NCBI RefSeq assembly: GCF_006345805.1
Contig: NC_043004.1
Location: 62,744,001 to 62,808,000 of the forward strand
Source: Octopus sinensis
Lineage: Eukaryota
Length of the DNA stretch: 64,000 nt
Direction of reading: 5' to 3'
The notes beneath the pieces were generated by a model. The model ran no database searches. It was not told where the DNA came from and saw only the letters and a list, made by a program, of their open reading frames with translations. The position numbers and the translations under genes are program-made. Within the stretch, counting starts at the first letter, position 1. Each line of letters opens with the position of its first letter. Below are positions 13,515 through 28,308 of the stretch, in pieces.

Positions 13515-14460
13515 GTACCAGGTGACGTTATTTACTTGGGGCATTTTGTCACAATGTGTGCCACTGTCTCTTTGCATGTTCCACGGACTAAAATTTTCCT
13601 GTCAACATCTCACAATACATATTTTAGCCTCAAGTTGTTTGTACTTATCGCTTGATCTAGGACAACTTCATTTAGGAGTTAGGCTATCAGTTTCTTTTTT
13701 AAATAACCCATTTTCTAACCACTTCCACGACTTGTTCCACCAACAACTTCAGGTGCTCTCCAAAATTGGACATGTAGATGTTTCTCTTCGATCTAACTGA
13801 CGTGCTCCCTTTGTATTTCATTCTTGTCCATTTCTCCTATTACGTGCTTCATCACCTGTTCTTTATAAACTGTCTTTAATAGTTTGTCTATGCAGCTCTG
13901 CAAATGGTCATTGCTTTATTTATCCGACTGTGTCTTACCATTATGCGCGTTTTTGTAATCTAGCCATGCTACATTCAGTCCCGTCAAACTGCGTTTACAA
14001 TTTCTAATTATCACTTTATCAATTAATATTTTCTTCTCCTACTTTTCTTCACCTACTTTTTTTCCTGCGTCTATTCTGTTATTCTGGAACTAGATTGTTA
14101 CTTTCTGGATGGTTGCATAACCCTTCCGCAATAACACCGATCATAAGCTTCCACATTAGTAGCAAACGGTTTATAGGTCGAAACATTGATGCCAAATTCA
14201 TTTTCAAGGGATCCTTCGTCCACTTGGTCCTTTCCAATATCCTTTTTTTTTAAACTTCTGGCTCACTGTATATAGATTAGTTTTTGACGCCCGTTTGTCC
14301 TCGTACTGTTTCTATTTGATTGGAGCAGTCTTTTCTGTTACAAACCTTAGCATCTAGTATCATTTTTCTTCAATTTGGCCCTTAATACCCTTACCTTCTA
14401 TGTTACCTCCATGTTCTGTTTCAGTCTTTTCTTTGGACATTTGACTGCGATTTTGGTCCT
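13515..14460 (-). mobile_element. Degenerate, internally deleted R4/Dong-clade non-LTR retrotransposon
   Basis: Minus-strand frames give FRPINRLLLMWKLMIGVIAE..., LIDKVIIRNCKRSLTGLNVAWLDYK (RT N-part), then directly KSWKWLENGLFKKETD, DQAISTNN and KETVAHIVTKCP (zinc-knuckle region). Many stops and frameshifts; may extend toward ~15600. Confidence 0.7.
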
Positions 14461-17400
14461 GATGACAGCCTGCCGGAGCTTGATCAGAAATCCCCTGCCT
14501 GCCGTGCGTGACAGATCAGGATAAACAGCTCCAGTCCTGATAGCGCGGTTGTAGTTATTATTTAATTTTGGCATCACTCATTTACTGCTAGCATTTGTAA
14601 GGTTGTGCAATCTCCAGTATTTCTTATAGTTATACCATCCCTAGGTGGATTGGTAGCCAAATCACTGAGGTTCCACACCTATACATTTGTACACTGTTTG
14701 TAGCGCCAGTCTCGTTCAATCCATTGTCTTATATCTTTGTATTTGACATTTACACCCCTGAGAATTTTGATACTGCGTTGACACAACCATCGGTGTCTTT
14801 ATTAAGTGACCTTTTCTAGAGTGGTTGCCGACGAAATCTCCAGGGACTCCTCTTTCCACGAGACAAGCTTAACACCGCCAGACGCTAACCTTGTATTTCT
14901 AGGACTCGGAGTGGTGTTATAGGGAAAGCATGTTTCCCTACGGTGACTTGAAGGTAATTGTGGTTAAGAGTAACATTGTTCTTCCCACGTCGTGACACCA
15001 CAACAGGAATGACTCTCATGCTATACTCTGGGCGTGTTATCATTAGTATTACTATTATTTGCTTGTAATGTTGGTAGTGGTAGTAGCACTGTTGTAATCT
15101 ATTATTCTCTGACTATTTCCTCTAATCGCAGTGGCTTTGTTGCCACCGATGCTCTTCTGTCTCTGAGCGTTTCTGTTTTTGAGCTTTTGTGTTTGTCTTC
15201 GTTCTTATAGTTGACTGTATTGGGGGCATTGCCTTTGCCGTTATTTATTTGGGGCAATTTCTTTGTCCGTCGAAAATGGAGAGCTAATGTTCATACTCTT
15301 CGACATGCTGTTCTTACCTTTTGGGGGAGATATTCTGTGGGGTGGAGGTGGGCACTGCTGGATAGGTTGCAGGTTAAGTCTCCTATGTTAGGAGCAAGGG
15401 GCTTACGTTGGCCGTCTAGTCATATATGTGCACTGAGCGTTATTCTCACGGCCATTCAGAGAGCTTGGCCCATTTTCCAAATAGCTGTTTCGTTGGTAAA
15501 AAGGATCTTCTGGTTGCTGATAGGAGGTGGGTGGGTTTTGTCCAGTTTACAGATGGGGGAATACGGGGAAATGTTTCTATCAGGAAATTAATTAAATATA
15601 GGGACAAGAAATTTAAGTTCAAATCTAAATTTAATCATAAACAATGCGAAGATATTACCTTACGATTCCCGCACTAGCAAGTCCTAAGTGTAAATAAACA
15701 CCCTACCTACTTTTAGTAGCAATTGAAACATGTGTTTTGCACACAGAGATTCAGGGAAAGATACAAAGAGAGAGGGAGAGAGAGAAAAAGAGTGTGTGAG
15801 AAGGATGAATTGAGATTATAAATTCAAGGACAGGAAAATTGAATACAAATCTAAAATTAAGACACAGCATGTTGCTTTTGCTGTTGCTGTTGTTGTTGCT
15901 GCTGTTATTCTTTGACTACAATATTTGTGCATTAGAAATAATTTTCCTATTTATGTGCATTTGATATCCCAAAATAATAATCTGTTCTTATTTTTTTGAA
16001 AACTTTCCCTTGGGTATCTCTAGTTTGTCATTTATGTCAGCAGTAAATAGATCTGGCAGGAATATCATTTCATGTCAACTTCTGAGAAGCTAGAATCAAT
16101 ATTATTTTTTGTTACTTTCCCGCCATATTATATGTGGCGGCTATTTATTATAATCTGCTTTATGATATATATTTTCCCAGTTTTTATTGCGGATGTTTTT
16201 ATAGATCACCACCGTTAAACAACCTTCAATCTCTAATGTGAGAGCAGCGCGTTATAATTCGTACATTTTATATTTGTCGAGGTAAATCTTTTGGCTTTTG
16301 TTGTTTTAAATTTAACTGTAGTTACCGCACTCATTGTATTTCTTTCCAAATATCAAATATCTTAGGCTTCTGATAGTTTTAGTGTTAGTATTATAAGCAA
16401 TTATTTTAAATATTTTTATGAGCCTGTCTAGTCTTACCATATAATCAACATCAAAGACGCTGTACTGAAATTCAGTTATTTCGATTAATATATCACATAT
16501 ATTTAAATTTATCTCTCGTAAGGTAGAATGGCAAATCAACATCTATAAATGCGTTTAGGAGAATTAGTGTCACTAAAGATAGTAACTTTATGTATTAATG
16601 CCAGCGAGGTGGCAGATGATTCCATTAGAATGTCTTATATTGTATCCGAGTATGCAATATCGATGCAATCTGTGACCGCCTTGTCATCGAAAATCAGTAA
16701 TTAGATATGGACGAATATAGACACACATTAGCGCAATGGCAAAGAATAGAAAAAAAAACAAGAAAATAAAGACTTGCATATATACACAAAGTGTGCTCAA
16801 ATTCATTTAGCCATTCCTACTAACAAACACTCAAAAACATTCAGGTGTGTTTGTATTAGAGTATGTATAGAAAGTGTATGAGAGAGAGAGGATCTCTACG
16901 AGAAAATCTTCTTTAAAAAAAAACAAAACAAAATGAAGTATATCTTCGGACACTTTGAACTGCCTATGCTGTGAGACATACATACAAAGAAAATGAAAAT
17001 GAAAAACAATAATAATTAAGATCCAGAAAACAGCCTGACCGACCTATATTCTGATATAATGAGTAATTTGGTGTTTGTGTCAACCTGGTAATAATTGAAA
17101 TAGGCTGACGCTAGTACCAAGTTCCTCATTATAAGAAAGCATTCCAAACGCTTATGAAGAAATTTTGATGTGTTATGTAGAGCAACACTTACGACGTGAC
17201 GTGTGGAATTCCATTATTTATAATTATCACCTGTATAATTCACTCAATGTTGTCACCTAGATATAATTGAGATTATTATTTCTCTATGTATAAATGGATC
17301 TACATTGGCTGCGGTGATGCGTGTTCCCATTCTTCGATCATTGAAACTGTATTCTCATTAAATTTGTGAGTAATTGTCTAAATATTCCATGGACATGTGG

Positions 17401-19999
17401 GGCATTCATGTAATTCCTAAGGAAAATTAGCGCTTTGAAGTGTAGATACATTATATCAGAATGCCTTCCAAATATTTTCTTCCATCCTAGTTTCTCTAAG
17501 TTTAGTCGACAGAATAGCAACGTCTATTTCATGGCAAAAGCCACCTGTTCAAAGTAACACACATGAGGCTATAGCAGCATGATTGTAAAGAAAGATGCCT
17601 TCGGTATGCGTCTGCAATTATCTCATTAAAACGAACAGTTAACCACGTTAGTATAATCTATACGATCTTTAGTAAGAATATATGTAGAATCTGAAGAGAT
17701 ATACACAAGCTGAGGTAACCTACATGATGCACTACACGTGAGGAAATGGTGGTTACGCGATATGTTGTGTATGAACCTTTCACAAAATTGACACGGCTTG
17801 GAAATTTTAGAACTGCAAAATATATACAAAACACATACGTTCGCACACACACGCATGAAAGGACTCACACACTCGCATACAAATACTCGCAATCAGCCAA
17901 GCATGCTGGTACCCGTATATATTGTTGATATAGGCTAGTGTATTTTGTAACCGCTTTGATAGCAGTGTCAAACTGGCAAAGGGTCACGCCTACGACGGTG
18001 GAAGTTACGCTCAATGCAGTGCATATACTTTTGTGAAAAGCAAAGTAATAAAAGTGCACATGCGTCGATCAAAAGAGAATGGGCAAAGGAAGATAAATCA
18101 AAGCATGCGTACAGACAGACAGACATACACACACACACGTACACAAACAAACCTACACATCACACACAGACACGTACACTCACACGTACAAACACACACC
18201 AACGCGCGTACGCTCACACCGTTGCACACACACATGCATGCACTGACACATGTACACACACACGCATAGACACACATGAGAGAGGGTACTCAAAATTGCT
18301 CCTGGTTTGGGCCAAAAGAAAATACAGGAGGGTCAGTTAATTATGATTTTTTTCAACATATTCCCCTCCTGGTTCACTTACTTATTGCAGTTTTTCTAAA
18401 AGACCTCGAAAGGTTGGGCCACAGACTAGGCCTTTCGTGACACCTTAAAAGCTAGGAATCTTTCAGCACTACTGCGTAGGTCACAATCATAGATGCAAAT
18501 ACATAACTATACAAATATTAATTTTACATCAAGTTATATACATTAAATATGTGGCTGTGGAGTATATTGTACATGCATGACGTTAATAATTGCATCCATC
18601 ATGCATAAACTTGCGAAAAGTGTGCAAGCCTGAGAGGCAAACAGTGTTCACTTGCAACTGTCTGATTAAACCTTTATCTTGATTACTTGAAAGTGGTACA
18701 TTAAATCCAACACGATTTTCGCAAATCCTGTCTGCACAATTTTACTAAGAATGACTGAATGTTAATAACTTTCTAATACTGTGACAGTTACGTTATTCTT
18801 GTAGGTAGTTACTGAATAATCAAATGAAAGCATACGTGCGTTGTTAAATATACATCTTAAAGATGTTAAAACCATCTGGACTACACACTGAGTACCCTGT
18901 ACAACAACATTCGAAATATATTTTAGATTTTAATTAAATGTAGTCGCCCGAATCTACAACTGACATCATTTGTATAGAATTTTTAAGAAACCTGAAACGT
19001 AATTGACAACGATTTTCAAGACTAAATTTATTAGAAAGCTGTTTGCTGTGAGCTCAATTGTTTTACTAGAAGTCATATATTTTCCTGCTTTCTTTTTCTA
19101 CATTTGCGGGAGATGGAAAAATTATACTTGATTAAGTGAACTATTTAATATTCCTATCATTTACTCAAGCGAAGTCATAATCTGAGTCATTATTAACAGA
19201 CAGTATCGAAAAATGTGTTTTGAGCGTTTGATCTGTTATGAGAAGCAGTCTCAACAATTTAGTAAATATTAGATAGTCAATGAAACGTAATCTTGATTAA
19301 AAGTGGGACATGCAATATATCTAATTATTAGACGTATTGGAAATGTTGATTTCTCTATGAAATTTATCTCAACATCTACGCATAAACACACACATGCCTA
19401 TATACATAAAGATATACATATATACGAACGTTCTATTTATGTGCATAAATCAGATATTTTCTCCTATGCAATCACTTGAAATATATTTTATGAATGTATT
19501 TTAAATTTTCTTCGCCAAAAAATTACTAGTAAGGAAGCAGTTTGTCTTACAAAGTCTGAAACAAAAAATATAGTAAAAAGAAATTACACGACAATATTTT
19601 AACTTTATCCTTCAGATGTACTGTATTTTTGTTCACGTATTGATAAAACTGGATTTCGAATTACGATATCGATGTCTTATATAACCCTGACGGTCGAAGA
19701 GAAATTTTTCATTTTGATACATAATAATATATACTACAAGTAACAGACGTATAAAATAATATAACACGAATCAGATGTAGGTTATACAAATCAGTGTGCG
19801 AAGTATAATTAGGTACCACATTCCCACGTATATGCCAAACTAAAGTAAAAAAAATATATATATATTCGTATTCTTCTATTACCAGACAATGACATTTTTC
19901 TGATTTTTAATATTTTATTAACACCTTCGAATTACTGGCATGAGGGGTTACCTAATTTTTGACAATTGGTCTCACATTTTACTGAGGCTACATTGCACG

Positions 20000-21767
20000 C
20001 AGAGTAGTGTTTTACGATGCTAAAGAAATGGCAGAAATACTGCAGAGACAATACTGCTCTGTTTTCAGTGTTCCCACTGATATTGACGTAAGAGAAGCGA
20101 ACGAAGTTGACTCCCAACATAAAATTTCAGACATAACCTTTACTGCCACTGACATCGTAGCAGCAATAAATGAGGCCCTGATAGATTCCCAACTAGTCTC
20201 CTGAAGGAATGTAGACACCAACTTGCAGTCCCTCTGGAGAAATTCGTTAGCCGCAGGTTATATACCGAAGCAGTTTCTATCCCAGTCGGTCATCCCGGTT
20301 TTCAAATAGGGAAACAGATCCGTCGCAGTCAACTATCGCCCAATATCACTCACCTCCCACATCATTAAAGTGTTTGAAAGAGTGTTAAGATCAAGGATAG
20401 CCGACTTCCTGGAGACCCACAAACTCCTAAATGCAAATCAGCATGGCTTTCGCTGTGACAGGGACTGTCTAACACAGCTCTTACACCACATTGAAGATGT
20501 ACTCAAAGCCTTGGGAACAGGTTCGAACTCTGACGTCATATATCTTGACTTCAGTAAAGCGTTCGACAGGGTAGACCATAATATCCTACTCTCAAAATTG
20601 GCAAAAGTTGGAATCCGTGGAAAAGTTCTACACTGGATTAAGTATTTCCTGGCGAATAGAACACAACATGTTGTAGTTGATGGAGTCCACTCAAGTCACC
20701 AGCAGTGTTCCCCAGGGGACTGTTTTGGGTCCGCTACTCTTCATAATTTACATAAACGACCTTTCCAGTGTCGTACATTACTGCAAAGTGAAAATATTTG
20801 CTGATGACACTAAGCTCCAGCAAATCGTCAATGAAGAAGCAGACCGAACTCAACTCCAGTCGGATCTATATGCTGTGAGTCATTGGGCAGACAGAAACAA
20901 AATGCAACTGAATGAGGGAAAATTGGAGCTGATGCATTTTGGAAGAAATTCCTCACTAAAACAGCCATACTCTCTTCCTTCAGGGGAACCGCTCACAGCC
21001 TCTAACAATATCAGAGACCTGGGTGTAATTGTTGATGACGATCTCAGTTGGAGTGCACACATCAACAAGAAGGTCGATATAGCTCGTAGGATGAGTTCCT
21101 GGATCATAAGAACTTTCCGGTCCAGAGAACAAGGTGTCATCATACCACTTTTCTCCTCCTTTGTACGGCCAGACCTTGAATATTGCTGCCCACTGTGGTT
21201 TCCCCATACAAGACAAAGCGTCTCCAGGATTGAGTCACCCCAGAGGGCACTCACTAAACGAATTGAAGGCATGGCTGCTCTCGATTATTGGGATCGCTTT
21301 AAAACCTTGAAACTTTACTCCCTCCAGCGTCGCCTTGAGCGGTACATCATTTGTACGATGTGGAGAATATACCGCTAACTTTGCCCAAACGACCTTAACA
21401 TTAGCTTCAAGGTTCATCCAAGACTGGGACCACGGGCCATACGTCCCCTGCCCAATTCAAGATCACAGCATACATGTACACTGCAACATAATTTATTTTC
21501 CTCAACAGGCCCTGCCCTATTTAACATTGTCCCGAGGGAGATCAAAGAGGAAAAGGATCCCATCAACTTTAAACGGAGTCTGGATAGATTCCTTCAAAGA
21601 ATATCAGATAAGCCACCCATAATTGGATACAACTCACCCAACAAGAACTCACTACTTGAATGGACCATAAACAAAACTTGACTTAAACAGGATTCGAATA
21701 ATCCTATCAGGTGGTGCTATTAAGTTAAACATGGCCTGGACCAATCTTTGGTCGAAACATATCTAAA
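20000..21767 (+). mobile_element. 5'-truncated CR1-clade LINE, RT region with stop and frameshifts
   Basis: NYRPISLTSHIIKVFER, QHGFR, DFSKAFDRVDH, VPQGTVLGPLLFIIYIND, FADDTK, LEYCCPLW motifs. Frameshift near 20690; 3' GACC/GGTC stem-loop at 21739-21753. Confidence 0.9.
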
Positions 21768-22745
21768 TTTATATGTATGTGTGTGTGTGTCTGTCTGTAT
21801 CAGTGTGTGTCTGTTTGTGTCTGTGCGTGAATATGTGTGTGTGTCTCCCTCTTTGTGTCTATGTGTCTGTATATGTCTGTGTGTGTGTTTGTGCGTATGT
21901 ATGTGTGTGCGTGTGCATGCGTGCGCGCGTTTTGTTTGTGTTTACGCAAACAGACAGAAAGACTCCGCTAAATAGGTAGATATTCTGCGCAGCTTGGTAT
22001 CTCTTTAGCACATTATCCATGAAATTATATATCAATTAATTATAAATTTAATACAAATCTTAATATCAAGTATTTAATAACAGTTAATCTTTGTTCAGAC
22101 ATATTAATGTCAGCAACAATATGTGTATCCAATCTTGAATTAGGATTAGGGATATTGAGGGAAATGAATCAATAACGTCGATTAGCTGTTAGGTTTCAGT
22201 CGCTTACCGATGTGCAAACTTCTACCCAAACGATTTAATATAAGATTAACCATGCATGTCATCATTTATTAAAAATGGTGATGTATTCCTTTACTACAAA
22301 TCATTCAGGTAATATTGATCTCATTTAACTCGTTAATAAGATTTATTCATCATTTTAATATTAATATCAACGACTTTTTGAAATGCACGGGCACACGCAC
22401 ACGTACAAACACACACAGCACACACACACATACATGCACGCACTCACATCTATAACTGTACAACAAAGTTTACAGCTGTGCACTTTTAACGGATACTGTT
22501 GTCTTTTAGTCCAATTCTATCTGAGGCTGGTCGTAGATATCTGATGTGTAAATAAATAGAAATCTTATTAATGTATTCACGCCATTAGCCAGAGTATAAA
22601 ACAGAAGAAGTAAAAGTGATATTCCGTTTCATATCGATAACTTAAGTTAAACACACAATGCGATTTAGATTATCTATAAAAACAGTAATTAAATTTTCTG
22701 GTTATATGTGCGTGCGTGTGGTGGTGGGAGGCTAGGGTAAAACGC

Positions 22746-23052
22746 GTAAAGAACCCTTCGGTCTTGAGTGACCATGGCATTGCCCCTAAAGATTTACCAT
22801 CTGAGCAACAAGTCAGGAGAAGATTGTACATAGCGTCATCTCTTCGCATTACGCATCCGATGTTATCCATGGGAAAAGCAAAAGCCGATACAGCTTGACA
22901 CCAGGAACAACACAACTCATTTCTGCAGGTGAGCGAACAGGAGCAACGATAAATACAGTGTCTTCCGCAAGTATACAACACAGAACCCGGTATGGCAATA
23001 TAACTAACCTACTCATGATTGCGAATCCAACGCCTTAACCATTGAGCTATGA
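22746..23052 (-). mobile_element. tRNA-derived SINE, family C (diverged)
   Basis: Homologous to 39415-39757. Confidence 0.75.
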
Positions 23053-23182
23053 CTTTCTCTCTGTATGTATATATATACATTCATATATTAACTTATATTG
23101 TGAACGTGTGTATGTGTGTGTAAGCATTTGTATGAATGCACGTGCTTTTGTACGTGTGTACATATATGTATATTTATAATGT

Positions 23183-23538
23183 GGAGGCGCAATGGCCCAG
23201 TGGTTAGGGCAGCGGATTCGCGGTCGTAGAATAGTGGTTTCGATTCCCAGACTGAGTGTTGTGAGTGTTTATTGAGCGAAATGTCTCAAGCTCCACGAGT
23301 TGCCAGCAGGGGTGGTGACGAACCCTACTGTACTCCTTTTACTGTTTCTTCTTGTTTCTGTTGTACCTAGATTTCAAAGGGCCAGCTTTGTCACACTGTG
23401 TGTCACGCTGAGTCTCCTCGAGAACTACTTTAATGTGCCCTCGGAGTGCTCATCCACTTGCACGTTAATTTCGCGGGCAGGTTGTTTCGTTGATCGGATC
23501 AACTGGGGCGCGCATCGTCTTAAACGACGGAGTACAAC
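23183..23538 (+). mobile_element. tRNA-derived SINE, family A, with 11-bp TSD
   Basis: A box TGGCCCAGTGG, B box GTTTCGATTCC; TSD ATATTTATAAT at 23170-23180 and 23540-23550; homologous to 41373-41754. Confidence 0.88.
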
Positions 23539-24342
23539 GATATTTATAATATAATATGTAAATTTTTATACTTTATAATTTCATTATGTCTATTGTACAG
23601 TACGATAGAGACATCACGAACAGAGGTGTGAGGTTCTGACAATATATTGATGTTAATATTGAAAACATAACTAATCGGGAAATAGAGAGATGCTTGCTTC
23701 ACATATCTAATACGCAGTAGTATATACTTGCAATCACTGAAAGTTCCGTATATCAAATATTTAGCAAATTATATATAGCAAATTTACTATTAAACTTCGA
23801 AATTTCATATTTTCGATGTATGCCTTAGCAACCATAAATTTTTTAATGTCTTTCATTAGACTGAATACTTACTATTTCATTGTAGATTTGCTTCGATATT
23901 CAGTGTTATTCACATTTGGAATCGTCCTTCACAAGTACACGCTAATTTACAATTTTTCGTAGAGCACAGTGAGCAACCAATAACATTAACTATGAAAGTG
24001 AAAGTTTTGTGTATAATGATTCGATTCAAATAAGAAAGAATATAAATTTGGCAACGATTAACAGTAGGAAACAGATACTTGTAACAAGGCTTTTCTTCGA
24101 ATCTACATATTAAGAAACCGAATTTATATATCACTCATATTTCTTCTTTCATGTTATATATTTATATTTTAATTGCACTGTGCCTTGTTTAGGATTTAAA
24201 CGCTTATTGCAATTATCTTTGGACATAATTTTCTAGTACACTATAACCGACTCATAAAACTAAAGAAGTAATAGTGTTGGTACCCACAAGTTTTCAAAGA
24301 ATGAGTCTATCCGTGTTGATATCTGTTTCCAATACGTGTATA

Positions 24343-24397
<55 letters not shown>

Positions 24398-24399
24398 CT

Positions 24400-24495
24400 A
24401 TTATTTTTTTTCTTCTTTCAAATTTGCTTCCATTTCTTGCCGAGTGTCTTCCCGACTCCTAGGGCAAAGAAACTCATAGTATACATTGGTACGCC
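24400..24495 (-). mobile_element. Short insert within (TAA)n, possibly the 3' end of a Dong/R4-type element
   Basis: About 90 bp of unique sequence between two (TTA)n tracts, with an A-rich end running into TAA repeats on the minus strand. Family assignment is inference. Confidence 0.35.
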
Positions 24496-24631
24496 ATATT
24501 ATTATTATTATTGTTATTATTATTATTATTATAATTAACTGACACAAGCAGAAATATTAAAGAACAAATTATTATATATATTGTAAACACTTATAGATGC
24601 ACACATGCATATACACCTATGTGCATTGATA

Positions 24632-24722
24632 AATACATACATACATACATGCATGCATACATACATACATACATACATACATACATACATACATACATAC
24701 ATACATACATACATACATACAT
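24632..24722. repeat. (ATAC)n microsatellite
   Basis: Direct reading. Confidence 0.95.
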
Positions 24723-24899
24723 AAAAAGCTCCCCTTCGATTGTCGGCTACAGTAGGACATCCCCATTACTGGACGTACATGTTGAAATCCGCAAGTAATC
24801 GTAGCGTTTATAGAAACTAATATCATTACGAGATCATGGAAGGAACATATTTTTTAGAAACCACTACAATTGATTCAGCACCTCCGTATCGGCTGGTAC

Positions 24900-26400
24900 T
24901 TGGCGATACTAATACGCAAGAACAGTGGTAGTATTTTGTAGTAAAGCCTGTTTTTTCAATCTTCTGACATATCTATGGGATCATTTGATTCTGCAGAAGT
25001 AACTGACCTTGTAGGAATTTACATCCTATCCCAGATACAATTATATATTCCTGGATTGAATGGAGGGTTATACATTATTCTTCCTACATACATGTAGTAA
25101 AGTACAGCGCGAACAATACAAAATATTTCTAATTTTTTTAATACTGGACTCTCCATCACACTAATCAATAAATACCATAGAGTCTACTTTTAGATGCTAC
25201 TTATGAGTTGGATACTGGTCTACACAATCCGTTTCCTAAAGCTAGCGAGAATCTAAAATACATTAACGTTGGATCTAATCATCAACCATCAATATTTAGG
25301 ATACTCGTTAATAATATCTCGGCTAGAATATCCAGGTTATCTGCAAATGGAGATGCAATCAACATGCACGCACCTTATTATAACTCAGCCTTAGCTAAGC
25401 CCAGATACCTTGAGAAAATCTAATATGCCAGTAGCAGTAGTGACAATAATAACAACTCTTATAACTCAACAAGTAATAATACGATTCATTATAACAAACT
25501 TACCAAACACTACCAAACCATATGATAAAATTGCCGAAACCCAGGCACAAAACTTGTAATAGAGAAGAAATTAACACCTAACGCTACAAAATCCAATTGT
25601 CGCTCCAACCACCCAGACAAAGAAATATAAAAACAATGCTTTCCTTTGGTATAACCCAATCTGGAACTCCAGCATCTCATCTAAGATCTCGAAACAATTT
25701 TTCCCCGCACTTTATGGCTGCTTCTATAAAAGTGGAGTCTGCAGCAATTATTCAACCGTAACACTATAAAACTACCCTATGTACATTTATCAAAATTAGA
25801 GCATCATAATCAAAGGATTAACAACTCTAAACTGAAGCAAAGATTAGTCAGCACTCAAAATAAAATTTCTTGACATCAACCATATCTCATAAGATCAACT
25901 TAAAGACAAGGTTTATTACTCGGATTACACTAACAACCAACAAAGCAATAATTACAATATCCATGATAACCATCCAAAAAAGAACACTAGCAACATTTCA
26001 AATAATAAACAACTACTAACACAATAATATTGACGACCAGCATACCGAACAGAACCAAACACTCCAGCGTTCGATGTACACAATCCAACAAAATAAAAGA
26101 GGTATACACGTACAGTGATAGATCCAGGGGCCCTCTGGATAACCAATGTATGACTAAGAACGTGGTATACAAGTGCAATATATATAGTGGCGCATCGGCC
26201 GATGTTTTCAAAACTTGATACTGCAACCAAATCACTAAGTTTCGAAATATAATTAAACGACAATTAGCATCACTTGTCGATTATATCTGGAGGCTTAAAG
26301 GAGCGAAGACATGGTCTATACTTAGACACGCGAGTTCCTTGAATGTTACCGTCCATAGCATCATAACATAATTTAAACAATGTTGCTTGCGTATTTCTCC
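24900..26400 (+). mobile_element. Degenerate Penelope-like element (RT to GIY-YIG)
   Basis: DISMGSFDSAEVTDLVGIYIL, YINVGSNHQPSI..APYYNSAL, FNRNTIKL, PLDNQCMTKNVVYKC, LVDYIWRLK..WSILRHA match PLE RT/thumb/endonuclease motifs across frameshifts. Confidence 0.8.
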
Positions 26401-26409
26401 CATAATACA

Positions 26410-27560
26410 AAAGACATTGCACTCACGGCGTATTGGATGGAATAATGCTTGATACCTCAGCGGAAAACAGTATTCAAATTTAAGGCGGGGGAACAAAAGG
26501 ATGATGGTGTGCGATGAAAAGAGTTTCCCCCCAAGGAAAATATGTTTCAAAGGTAACATTCAATCCTTTACCGAACTAGGCTAAATACATACCGGTTTAG
26601 CGGCACATTGTGCTTTCCAGCCATCAGATAACAACTAGGAAAGAAATCGATTGGAGATGGTCTGATATCCTACTCTGTCGACAATCTCCTGAAGCTTATA
26701 TTCCCCGGCAAAATTTCGTATGTTGCGGTGTATGTAGACGTCAATGATGTCAAGATACAAATGAGTTGGCACAATATACTATTTTTGTTTTTGTTTTTTC
26801 TTTGGTGGTGAGTGACCACCGATGGACTTGCTGAGCTTTGATTGACATATGCTGAGTTCTTAAAAGCAGCAAGTATCCAATCATCTTAAATTCTTTTCAT
26901 CGGGCTCCAGTGTTGGCTGCTTTCTTTAATAGAATGCTGTGGTTAATCTTGTCGACGACCTTCCTGAAGTAAAGATATATGATATCAGCATTAGAGCGTT
27001 TAGTATGTCATTAACGTGATGCGGGAGCTGTGTCAAGTAGGAACTATACTACAGAACCTTAGTTTCAGAACACGAGATCTTAGCGCTTTCTCAAATAATT
27101 TGGTGATATAAGAGGTAAGTGTGATCAGCCGATAACTCTTTGAAGATTGCGACAATCGACAGGTGCAGGAATGTAAAGGGAATATAGCAATTATTCAAAG
27201 ATTCTCGCCAGCAATCTTTCAGGAATTCAGTGGGAAATCCGTCTTGGCCAGTAGCTGAGATATTTGTAAGTGCTTTTTGAGATACTATGGTAACCAGGGT
27301 GCTAAATGATATATCGGACAGGGTGTGCTGGGAGGTTGTCCATATGGACCACGTTGTGATTGCTAAATGTAAAGCGGTACAGCTTCTGCAGAATTTAAAA
27401 GTTGTTTTCTTCACGAATATGCAGAGTCTTGTCTTCATCATTCAGATGTTAAATACATGATCCAATGACCTTATTAAGTTTGCCTTATTAGGGGAAACAT
27501 CTTGTTTGACAATCGGGGACAGTCTTTATGTAGATTTAATGATTCTGTTTCTTTGATTCT
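26410..27560 (-). mobile_element. Old, heavily degraded CR1-clade LINE
   Basis: Minus strand: SATGQDGFPTEFLKDC, NADIIYLYFRKVVDKINHSILL, IRNFAGEYKLQEIVD and FEYCFPL are collinear with the 20-21.7 kb element. Confidence 0.7.
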
Positions 27561-27566
27561 TGTGAA

Positions 27567-27897
27567 AAGGATATAGATCCCTTTCGATTATTAATGGCCA
27601 TGAGATTACACCTAGAAATGTCCCCTCCGAGGCAGAGGACCAGGCAAGGTCGTTTATGGAAGATCAGCATTCGTTCATGCATATCAGTCTCCCCTCAATA
27701 CTGACGTTATCCAGAAGAAAGGCAAAGAACGATATAGCTTGGCACCGGTAACGTCACAACTAATTTTTACAGCTGAGTGAACTAGAGTAGTGTGAAAAAA
27801 TGTTTTGATCAAGAGCACAACATATAACTCTGTGCGAGAATCGAATTCACTACTTAATTTTTGTGAGCCGGACACTCTAACCATTGAACCATGCAAC
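27567..27897 (-). mobile_element. tRNA-derived SINE, family C (diverged)
   Basis: Homologous to 39415-39757. Confidence 0.75.
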
Positions 27898-28134
27898 TTT
27901 GATTATAGTTATGCCTTATATTTAATTATAGTTATCTTTTGATTGGAGTGGGTGCAGCAGAAAATATTTTAGCCAGTTCAATTCTCGACTAATTTGTTAC
28001 TTTATTTTTCTTATAAATATAGTTATGAAGCTTGGGAACCTGAGTGTGTGTGTATACAAACATACTTAGAGAGTGAGATGTATATACGAATGGGTAGACA
28101 GACAGGCAGACAGAAAGACAAACAGACAGGCATA

Positions 28135-28151
28135 CAGATAGATAGATAGAC

Positions 28152-28208
<57 letters not shown>

Positions 28209-28209
28209 T

Positions 28210-28274
<65 letters not shown>

Positions 28275-28308
28275 AAGATAGATGGATAGATAGATAGATA
28301 GATAGATG
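28135..28308. repeat. (GATA)n microsatellite
   Basis: Direct reading; another at ~54386-54489. Confidence 0.95.

Noticed and set aside
21739-21765. GACC/GGTC stem followed by GAAAC
   Set aside because: No CUGANGA; better explained as the LINE 3' terminal stem-loop.
23183-23255. tRNA-like sequences at SINE heads (also 36328, 39757, 45366, 51237)
   Set aside because: A and B boxes are present, but there is no closed cloverleaf and they continue into SINE bodies; not tRNA genes.
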